A DNA stretch of 64,000 nucleotides, from assembly GCF_001194135.2 (NCBI RefSeq), contig NC_068992.1:8579165-8643164 (forward strand). Direction: 5' to 3'. Below are positions 53,840-64,000 of the stretch, in pieces (positions within the stretch are counted from its first letter, which is position 1; every line of letters begins with the position of its first letter). The notes beneath the pieces are model-generated. The model ran no database searches and was not told where the DNA came from. It worked only from the letters and a program-made list of their open reading frames with translations. A program made the position numbers and the translations under genes. Source of the DNA: Octopus bimaculoides (Eukaryota).

Positions 53840-54466
53840 ATCGTAGTGAAGATTGTGCGGGTGTTACGGAAAAGGCCGATCTTTGGTGTAAAGATCGCCG
53901 AAGACACTTTTTACGGAAAAGGCCGATATTAGGACTCGTACCGTAAGATCGCCAAAAAACGGGATTTTGGAATTTTAATTTAGACACATACAAGGTCTTT
54001 ATCCATCGGTACGCTGCCGGTAAAAATATTTGTTAATCATGCACGTACCTTCTTTAAATAGTAGACTGTTATGGGGACAAGGTTTTGCAATGAGTAAAAT
54101 GTTATTCGATGACAATGACATGCACTGCCTATGAATCCAAGCAACGGATTATTTTTCAACGTATCTACACTCCTCTTTACCTATAATTAGAGATGCTCAA
54201 TAAACCCTGTTGATTTGCTCTTTCATATCATTTGTATCTGATACAGAGTTACACCTTATTCTGGATGTTATTTTTGTCATTGAAGAACTCGTGATATTTG
54301 TGGTAATGAATGACAACACAATTATTTCAACGCTGAAGGGAAGCGTTGAATGAAAAAATTTTAATTTTCTTGCGGCTGTTGTTTTGTAAGTCTTCTATAG
54401 ATCTTCTCATTATACTTGCCTAGGAAGAAGCTAACGATTACAAGTAAATTTACACATACATATTCA

Positions 54467-54504
<38 letters not shown>

Positions 54505-54738
54505 NNNNNNNNNNNNNNNNNNNNNNNNNNNNNNNNNNNNNNNNNNNNNNNNNNNNNNNNNNNNNNNNNNNNNNNNNNNNNNNNNNNNNNNNNNNNNNNN
54601 NNNNNNNNNNNNNNNNNNNNNNNNNNNNNNNNNNNNNNNNNNNNNNNNNNNNNNNNNNNNNNNNNNNNNNNNNNNNNNNNNNNNNNNNNNNNNNNNNNNN
54701 NNNNNNNNNTATTTTTTGTTTATTTTCAGATCATTAAA

Positions 54739-55558
54739 ATGGAATGTCAAGTTAAGAAAAATGAACATTTTCAACACCTCCTTCTTTTTGCTTTTAATCA
54801 AGGTTCTAAGGCCGCAAAAGCAGCTCGCGCTATTTGTGGTGTATATGGAGAGGGTGCCATAGCTGAAAGAACCGCTCGTGATTGGTATGCCAAGTTCAAA
54901 AATGGAAATTTTGACCTCAAAGATGCACCTCGTCCAGTTGAGTTCGATGAAAAGCAATTAAACCAACTTTTGCACGAAAGTTCTTGTCAAACAAACGACA
55001 AGGGAACTGGCAGAGAAAATGGAATGCTCCCACACTGCTATAGAGAAGCATCTTTACTCGATGGTAAAGGTACAGAAGTATGGAGCATGGGTTGCGCATG
55101 CTTTAAGTGACAACAACAAAAATCAACGAGTCACAATCTCTGATGGTTTGCTTGCTCGTCACCACTCAACTCATGGACACAAGCAACGATTTCTTTACCG
55201 AATCGTTATTGACGACGAAAAATGGTGCCTGTACATCAATATGAAGCAGCGTAAGGAATGGCTTAGCCCCGGTAAACAAGCGAAACCGCACGTGAAACAA
55301 GATCTTCATCCGCGTAAAACGGTGTTGTGCGTATGGTGGGACTGGGAAGGGATTATCCATTACGAATTGCTTGAACGGAACCAAACGGTCAACGCGGAAC
55401 TCTATGTTCATCAGATGGAACGACTCAACACGGCTATTCAAGAGAAAAAACCTAATCGGCAGCATGGAGTTCTGCAGCACGACAACGCCCGCCCTCATAT
55501 CGCTAATATGAGCAAGGAAGCCATTCAAACGCATGGCTGGGAACACTTAAACAAGTAA
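54739..55558 (+). mobile_element. Mariner (ITm DD34D-type) transposase pseudogene, frameshifted and 3'-truncated
   Basis: HTH N-terminus, WVAHAL (WVPHEL-like), IVIDDEKW, VWWDWEGIIHYELL, HDNARPH. Frameshift near 54990 (ACAA duplication). Ends before the YSPDLAPSD motif. Confidence 0.93.
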
Positions 55559-56079
55559 ATAGTATTTTCCTAAACAATAGATCCACTTATTTCGGTTAGT
55601 GACTTATTCACGAATATACCAACACTAACGCTGCTGAGGGTAATATTCTCTGGGAACGCACAAAAGCCCTTTTCAGAGTTATTTACTTTGAATTGTTATC
55701 TCATACATGATTAGCCTGTTGTTACGTAACATGCTTCACGATCTTAGTATACATACCTTATTAACATTTCCTCCTAAGTTCTATATACTCTGCGAACGTA
55801 TTAAAGCCCTTTCCGTGGCTACTTTATTTAAATCCTTACTATCGGGTAACTAATTTCATGTTATCAGATAACTGACTTCACAATTTGGGTATTCATAACT
55901 TATTGAGAATTCTTAGAAACAAGATCCTGTGTAAGACAGTTGGGTATTCTCTGTAAATGCACAAAATCCGTTTTGAGGGCTACATACTTCGTATTGTTGT
56001 TACTGGATTAGCGAAACAATTATGAGAACGGAACAAAGGGATAAGCCCCGCTTTCCCGGCAATTACCAGGTACGTCAGC

Positions 56080-56118
<39 letters not shown>

Positions 56119-56339
56119 NNNNNNNNNNNNNNNNNNNNNNNNNNNNNNNNNNNNNNNNNNNNNNNNNNNNNNNNNNNNNNNNNNNNNNNNNNNNNNNNNN
56201 NNNNNNNNNNNNNNNNNNNNNNNNNNNNNNNNNNNNNNNNNNNNNNNNNNNNNNNNNNNNNNNNNNNNNNNNNNNNNNNNNNNNNNNNNNNNNNNNNNNN
56301 NNNNNNNNNNNNNNNNNNNNNNNNNNNNNNNNNNNNNNN

Positions 56340-56386
<47 letters not shown>

Positions 56387-57128
56387 GACAGAAAAAGAGA
56401 TAAAGGCTCTATAAGATTTGTACTGTAATATCTAGGTTTATGGTAAAGGATAAGATACTAAAGTTAGTCCTAACAGTAATTCTAACTTTGAGTGTATCTT
56501 TTAGATTATGTATTTACTTTGTTTTCATTCCTGTTACTAAGTTGATAGTAAAGAAAACACACACACACACAAAGTAAAATGGTTCATTGTGAAAGAGCTC
56601 TTGTTGAAAATAGAATTAATGTTAAATTCGGAATGGTAAATGAGATATAAAAAGACTGTTTCCAGGCCCCTAACTGGATTGATTAATTTACATGACACTG
56701 ATGTCATAGCTAATTGGTGTGTTAAGCTAAACAAAGGTTAATTATTCGTGTTTATTTCTGGAACGTTATAATAAAGTTACAATTTTACTTCGGTGCAAGG
56801 CTCAGGCGTATTTAGCATCAAGTGGGACGGTAGGTAATTGTTGACACATGAAAGGAGGGTGAAGCGCTAAGAGGATATGGTGGGGGGTGCTTTGTTTCTC
56901 TTCTTATTCATTCGTTCACCTCCCCATCTAGCTAAAATCAAAGCATACCAACTCTACTCACTCACTGTCAGCGGAATATGTGTCTAAGCCAAGATAATAC
57001 TTATTGTAAATTTAGCTTAACAGCTGTAAAGACAAGGAAAGGAGTGACGCTATTACATAATACTAGCCATCATCATCATCGTCGTCATCAATTATCATTA
57101 CCAATAATATCAAAAAGACTACAGGATT

Positions 57129-57227
57129 AACTCTTTAGTGTTCAGGTTACTCTGTCAAATGCAATGCTTATTTTCATTACTTTGAATCAACCGTGCATTA
57201 TCCTGTAGCATTGAGATTTTGATGGTA
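57129..57227 (+). mobile_element. 5' part of the same MITE family as 17600, truncated by a SINE
   Basis: ttaactctttagtgttcaggttactctgtcaaatg... resembles 17600-17700. Confidence 0.6.
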
Positions 57228-57230
57228 CAA

Positions 57231-57571
57231 TGTTGTTGTTGGCACTCCGTTGGTTACGACGTCGAGGGTTCCAGTTGATCCGATCAACGGAACAGCCTGC
57301 TCGTGAAATTAACGTGCAAGTGGCTGAGCACTCCACAGACACGTGTACCCTTAACGTAGTTCTCGGGGATATTCAGCGTGACACAGTGTGACAAGGATGA
57401 CCCTTTGAATTACAGGCACAACAGAAACAGGAAGAAAGAGTGAGAGAAAGTTGTGGTGAAAGAGTACAGCAGGGTTCGCCACCATCCCCTGCCGGAGCCT
57501 CGTGGAGCTTTAGGTGTTTTCGCTCAATAAACACTCACAACGCCCTAACCACTGGGCCATTGCGCCTCCAC
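57231..57571 (-). mobile_element. SINE family A with 47-bp deletion of the B-box region
   Basis: Colinear with the other copies except ...cacaacgccc|taaccactggg (gccc microhomology). Confidence 0.9.
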
Positions 57572-59779
57572 ACTTGGTCGGTACTACGAAATGAAAAGCC
57601 GTAGAACGTGTACTCTAAAGTAAATAACCTCTGCTTGAAAGAGATACTCGAAATAATATAAAATAAAATAAATAAATACTCGGAGATTATCTTAACATGT
57701 AACCAAAGACTGAAAAGTTCGTTTCTGGAATTTAGAAAGAATATATAATATTCAATATGATATCAATATTTTATTAACTCAAAAATGTACTTAAAATTAG
57801 GTGATTCCTTATAATGGCAAGTTTGTATTGTTGCTGACCTGTATTATGAATGCACCAATGATCACGTAGCTATATCAATATGTTTTTTACTCCAAAATGC
57901 TACACCTACTGCTACCATTATTATCATTATTATTATTATTGTTATCGTTACTGGTATGTTTAGATATGTACACATTAGTGTTAAACAAAAAAATATGTAA
58001 AAGCATATGAGGAATGCGTGGGAGGGAAAAATATTGATTTAATCTAACGCCGTATAGCGAGGAACCGCCAATAGTACAGATGTCTATATGTGTGTGTATG
58101 TGTGTGCATGTATGTACATACCAATGTATGTAAGTATGAGTCTAAAGAATGGCATATGAAAGTAGAAATACATGCATACCAATGACAACGTACACCCATA
58201 TCTGTATGGATGTATGTGCGTATATTTGTTCGATATAATTATTTCTATGAATGAGCGTATGTGTGTGTATATGGGTACAGGTTAATGAACCTGTTCCTGT
58301 GATAGGCATTTTTAAAGACCATGATGGGTACCAGGAAAACTGAAATATAGATATAAACACACACAGACACACACGTGTATGTCTCTATGTATGTATGTAT
58401 GTAGGTGTATGCGCACGTGTGTATATATGCGTGAGAGAGAGAAATTACAATAAACACAAGTTTATATCATTTGTCCCAACGCACGTTTCATCATTGTGGT
58501 TGTTTGGATCTTTAACTCCCTGTAACAATGCATGAAGTGTTCCCCAATGATTCGTTGTGGATAAGCATCCAATTACACTTGGAAATACAATGCGCAGTTC
58601 CAAATAACCGCAATGGTGAAACATACGTAGGAATAAATGACATAAAGTTGTGTTTACCGTAATTTCTCCTACATTTGTTCTGTATGTCATAACTAGTAAT
58701 TTTACTAAGTATAGCAGTAGCTAAACCACAATACTGGAAGCAGAATGGACGACAATAATTTACGTGGAGCTCTGAACTCAACAGTAACAGTCATACGTTT
58801 ACCAGTATACACAACTCTCTCACTCTCTCTATCATCTTTTAGCTCTTTTTTAAATTCATATACATACAAAAACTCACATGTGAGAATTTTGCTACGTTGA
58901 TAGCAGATACAATATTTTTACCAAATTTTGGCATAGATCTATCTATCTATCTATCTATCTATCTATATATATATATATATANNNNNNNNNNNNNNNNNNN
59001 NNNNNNNNNNNNNNNNNNNNNNNNNNNNNNNNNNNNNNNNNNNNNNNNNNNNNNNNNNNNNNNNNNNNNNNNNNNNNNNNNNNNNNNNNNNNNNNNNNNN
59101 NNNNNNNNNNNNNNNNNNNNNNNNNNNNNNNNNNNNNNNNNNNNNNNNNNNAATCTACTTATAAAATGAGCTCTAGCAAGAGTAAACATAACCTCAATTG
59201 TAGAGAGGGGATTGTCCAGAGGTGTTGGAAAGAGGCCCATTGCGCAAACCCTTTTGCCCTTGGGCTAGAATGACCTCATATAAAACCCCTCTGTTAATGA
59301 TGCTTTCGTCCCATCTCTCATCCTCAACGCTGCAGCAGATGGTGTGTGTGTGTGTATGGGGGGGGGGACTACAACGTTCTTAGTCGAACGGAACAAGAGC
59401 AATAAAATGACTTAATTTACCAGTGAATTATAGTTTGCAATCCGTGACATTCGAGACATCCGGTGGAAGTAGGGCCGCTGACAACGAAATTTGTGTTATT
59501 GTTGGCGTCTCGTCTTACTGAAGTATCAAGTTATACTTGTGAGGATGCTTGGCTGTTTTAGCGCCTCAGCCATGCGATCACCCGCAGTAATACCTTATTT
59601 TGGGTAACCGTAAATTTTTTTAAAAGCCAAGACAAGTATTTTTAGATGTAGTGTGTAAATCAAAGAATGCACGTGCCTTTTTGACTAATTGATTAGATGG
59701 TCCTCGTCGCTCCGACAGACGAACATGAGGCCCCCAACTATACATCATTCACATACAATCTATACACCACACGCCAATT

Positions 59780-60240
59780 CCACACCGATTCCATGAACGG
59801 AAATTTCAAAAGCATTCTTCAATGGTGGATATGATGTCAATCTTGTCTCAGCAAGAAAATACAAACGATATTCATATTCAGGAAAACTGATCGCATTCAC
59901 AGCCTTGAACATGGACAGCATACAGCCAAAGTTTGCACGATCGTACCACATGGTGGACCTCACTATTAGCAAGGATCTCTCCAGGTGAAAAGGCTCAGAA
60001 AACTTTTCAGCTAAATCCACCCAGCCAGCAATTATTGACACTCTACAAAGCTTAAAGGAAGCCTGCAAGAGAACAGCTGCTGCTGCTGCACACAGACACG
60101 TCCATCTTTTAGATCACAGGTGTGCCGTCTCTTCTAGTTGCTTTTCCAACTGGTACTATAATAGCATTTCCTCTCGGAGTCGGCAGGATAAACGCCTTGT
60201 TATCCGGTACTCAAATAACCGGAACACTCGAGCAACTGGC
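59780..60240 (+). mobile_element. CR1/L2-type LINE RT C-terminal remnant
   Basis: Across frames: NLVSARK, VDLTISKDLSR*K (cf. LGLTISKDLSWK), QQLLTLYKA, LDHRCAVSS (cf. LSHRRAVSS). Confidence 0.65.
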
Positions 60241-60722
60241 ACCAAAAAGAGAATGCGTCATTAATTCGAGACAAGGGGATTTTTACTTATTTGTGTTGTC
60301 ATCTAAAGCAACTTTCTGCTATCTCTAAAATGGGTCGTTGCTGCTCAAGATGCAGCGCAGTATTTTATTTTACAACACCTACAGTACCTGTATATAATTA
60401 GGTTTAATAAAACTTAAATTACACTTTTAATCATTCCTGTTTCTCTCATTATTACTATATTCAGAATATTAACGATACTACCGATATATGTATAGCTTAA
60501 TGACTTTTGTTAGGTATCATGATAATTTAAAAAGTGATAATCAAATATCCGGAAAGTCCCAGTGGTGCCGGATGGTAGGGATGAGTTTACTATATCTCCA
60601 ATAAAGAATTTCCAACCCACTCATCTCTCCTGTCTCCATTACTCTTATTGAGTCAACTCCCCAGGTATTACACTTACCATTAAGCCCAGTCTTTCCTTTC
60701 GAGAACAACGGTTTATGGAACT

Positions 60723-60755
<33 letters not shown>

Positions 60756-61139
60756 CAAATGTTGACTTGCAGTGGTTCACGAGAAACGTTCCTGATTTTG
60801 ATCTAACCTACAGTGGAGAGCTTGTGAAGGTCACGGGAATACTCATATGAAACAAGTAAAAACAAAAAAAATTAAGTACCAGTTAAAATGCTGGTATCAA
60901 TATTATTGACTAAATTCCTGTAAAAATTGCTTGAACCTAACCCAGACAATTCTTCTTCTTCTACTACTATTACTACTACTACCCGAAAAGTTGGCACTGT
61001 TACTTGAAGTTTCGTGTTTCCACTTATCAAACTTTTCCTGTTTGGTGAGGAGGAAACATTAAACTTGAAGTACAGTGCCAAGACGTTTTCGGCTTTTAGT
61101 AATAAAATATATATTTAAATTCTACGTAATACTTACTTT

Positions 61140-61515
61140 GTGGAGGCGCAATGGCCCAGTGGTTAGGGCAGCGGACTCGCGGTTTCGATTCCCAAACCGG
61201 GCCTTGTGTGTGTTTATTGAGCGAAAACACCTAAAGCCCCACGAGGCTCCGGCAGGGGATGGTGGCGAACCCTGCTGTACTCTTCCACCACAACTTTCTC
61301 TCACTCTTACTTCCTGTTTCTGTTGTTCCTGTAATTCAAAGGGTCAGCCTTGTCATACTCTGTGTCACGCTGAATCTCCCCGAGAACTACGTTAAGGGTA
61401 CACGTGTCTGTGGAGTACTCAGCCACTTGCACGTTAATTTCATGAGCAGGCTGTTCCGTTGATCGGATCAACTGGAACCCTCGACGTCGTAAGCGACGGA
61501 GTGCCAAGAACAACA
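61140..61515 (+). mobile_element. SINE family A
   Basis: 12-bp TSD aatacttacttt at 61128-61139 and 61516-61527. 14-bp deletion in the head. Confidence 0.92.
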
Positions 61516-62190
61516 AATACTTACTTTACTGTACTAAATATTTTCTCAGTAAATTCAAGTGTGTTGNNNNNNNNNNTACCATCAAAATCTCAATGCTACA
61601 GGATAATGCACGGTTGATTCAAAGTAATGAAAATAAGCATTGCATTTGACAGAGTAACCTGAACACTAAAGAGTTAATCCTAAAGAGTTAATCCTGGAAC
61701 CCTCGACGTCGTAAGCGACGGAGTGCCAAGAACAACAAATACTTACTTTACTGTACTAAATATTTTCTCAGTAAATTCAAGTGTGTTGGGTGTGGACATT
61801 AGGAATCAACTTCTGTTAAAAAGAATAAAAAACTAGTACTTTATTTAAACGGTACTTTGTGAATTATATTCATTAGTATCCTTTAAGATATAGTCAGTAT
61901 TTGTGCTCGTACTTTCTTAGTTTCGAGTTCAAATATCTCCCATGGGGCAACATTTGCCTTTCATCTACTTCAAGTCGATAAAACAAATACCAGTAATTAA
62001 AATGCTGTGGCTACATGCTGATTTCCAATATGATACATGCCTACTCTGAACAAAAAAAAAATTGCCTTTCTGTGTGGTCGAGAGAAATCAATATTTCTTA
62101 TTGTGCAAAAACGAAGACCCGTCTAATCTTGCGTTTAGTAGTTTTATTGAATTATTAAAGAGAAAAGGGGGAGAAAATCAACAACAAACC

Positions 62191-62221
<31 letters not shown>

Positions 62222-63235
62222 ATACATGTGTGTGTGTGTGCATGCACGCATTATGATTATTATTCGAAAACCAGAGCGAATTTAAGCTAACAAATGAAGG
62301 AACCAATCAAACGTCGAGCCAATGAGGGACCCACTATATACTCGATCGATCTGCTAAAAATAGTAACCAAATCTCTTTCAAATCAGGTCGTCTTAAGAGA
62401 AATGCGATGAATGATGTCTCTAAAAAAGGGTAAAGGTTAAAACGGGAACACCTTCCAACAACAAGTCTGCCTCATCAAAGCTATTCTGGGTCTAAATAAC
62501 GCGCAATAAATAACTAATTAAATAAAACAGTATGACATATTTAGGTTAAGGTTACAATCAAATGTCATATGGTTGATTGAATTGATTGATAATAAAGGAA
62601 AATGCATATAAGAGCTGCTGCTATATAGTTAATAATTACATCCTAACAAAATACCAGTAGTACTCATCAATGATTTTATTATATTATATATGTATTATTT
62701 TAGCATGCCTGTATATATAGCTAGCTAGACAAATTAATAATCTCTCATCTGGAACCAATGAAAGAAAGTAACCACCCGAAAATGCTTAAAAGCCTATTAT
62801 CTATTTATATATATATATAAAACAAATAATAAATGAGTATATGTATATATACGTACAGGCATGTGCGTACCTACGTCTACCTGTACATATAGGTGCATAT
62901 CTGGGTACAGGACATTGCAAACAAAACGTAGACAAGAAAATAATAATAACCAGAGTACAGAAAACACACAAGCCACATAGAGAACATTTTCCTTCATCAG
63001 CTACCCCCGTTTTAACACCGGCGTTTCGAAGAGTTGGGCAGTGATATATATATACACAAGTGGGGTCGAAAAGCGTAAATGCTGACTACGAAGGAGTGAT
63101 GTTAGAGCTGTGAAATTTTGCATGCATTGGTTTCAACTCCTCTTCTTAATAACGGTATTGTTTCTTTCCATGTAAACTGATATCTGACTGTTCAAAGAAG
63201 ACTTCAAAACTAAACAGAAGCGACTTCTCTTTAAA

Positions 63236-63428
63236 ATCGACAAAATTTGGCACCATGTTGTTATCAAGTACCTGCAGGAAAAGGGTTTAGCCCCCAAAGA
63301 CATTCATGCTGACATGGCTACTACATTAGGGGATGATATTCCAGCTTTAGCAAAAGTGGGCTGCTGAATTTAGGAAAAGAAGGGAGAGTCTCGAAGATAA
63401 CTCACGATCCGGGCGTCCTGTTACTGCC
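63236..63428 (+). mobile_element. Second mariner-family transposase 5' fragment, interrupted by a SINE
   Basis: IDKIWHHVVIKYLQEKGLAPKDIHADMATTLGDD / QKWAAEFRKRRESLEDNSRSGRPVTA (HTH plus SGRP linker). Start codon mutated to ATC. Ends at the SINE at 63429. Confidence 0.8.
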
Positions 63429-63818
63429 GGCGTGGCTGTGTAGTAAGAAGCTTGCTTCCCAACCACATGGTTCCGGGTTCAGTCCCATTGCGTGGTACCT
63501 TAAGCGAGTGTTTTCTACTCTAGCCTCGGGCCGACCAAAGCCTTGTGAGTGGATTTAGTACCCAGAAACTGAAACAAGGCCGTCGTAAATGTATGTATAT
63601 ATTTGTGTGTGTGTGTTTGTGTCTATGTTTGTCTCCCTACCCCAACATCGATGTTGGAGTGTTTACGTCCCCCGTAACTTAGCGGTTCGGCAAAATTGAC
63701 CGATAGAATAAGTACTAGACTTACAAAAAATAAGTCCTGGGGTCGATTTCTTCGACTAAAAAACCCTCTAAGGCGGTGCACCAGCGTGGCCGCAGTCAAA
63801 TGATAAAAGAATAAAAGA
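63429..63818 (+). mobile_element. SINE family B, inserted into a mariner relic
   Basis: Full head-to-tail similarity to the other B copies. Confidence 0.9.
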
Positions 63819-64000
63819 TTATGCATATAAGTAGAACACATTTATTACCTAAGTAATTGGCATAAAGGAAACGAAACACACACATGATAATTAACGATGG
63901 CAAATAAAATTATTTATGAAATGCAATTAAAACTTTACAATGGGCTTAATCACCTTGGGCTCGGTGGGTTACAAATATATATATATATATATATATATAT

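Noticed and set aside
54326-54350. Perfect 9-bp hairpin ttcaacgct-gaaggga-agcgttgaa (Helitron 3' end or terminator?)
   Set aside because: No CTRR terminus at the expected distance, and a single short stem is expected by chance in 64 kb.
55166-55546. 126-aa minus-strand ORF
   Set aside because: Antisense shadow of the mariner transposase.
59760-60068. 102-aa minus-strand ORF
   Set aside because: Antisense to a decayed CR1/L2 RT remnant on the plus strand.
61472-61788. Apparent rearrangement: 61577-61681 is an exact reverse complement of 57123-57227, and 61694-61788 exactly repeats 61472-61566
   Set aside because: 100% identity next to a 10-N gap, between two near-identical opposite-orientation SINEs. 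Most likely a gap-filling or mis-join artefact; long reads would settle it.

Overview
AT-rich, repeat-dense animal genomic DNA with 10 N-gaps. The SINE/RTE/mariner repertoire looks like Octopus, but that is my recognition, not a database result. One protein-coding gene can be reconstructed, on the minus strand: exons 16309-16021, 15360-15334 (27-nt microexon) and 11052-9944 join in frame (phase 1/1) into a 474-aa protein. It has an N-terminal CARD, a Ser/basic linker and a C-terminal TRADD-N-like domain. Candidate 5'UTR exons lie at about 19.5 and 20.2 kb, and a CpG-rich putative promoter at about 22.9-23.6 kb. The rest is mostly tRNA-head SINEs (four families, labelled A, A', B and D here), RTE, CR1/L2 and Penelope-like remnants, two mariner relics, piggyBac-type MITEs and microsatellites. 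Other notable signals: an intact-core minimal hammerhead ribozyme at 8.6 kb with a decayed inverted sister copy, inverted telomere-repeat-bearing arms around a CpG-rich core at 53.1-54.0 kb, several foldback or inverted-repeat structures, and a CpG-depleted 28-51 kb block that may hide a second transcription unit I could not resolve.
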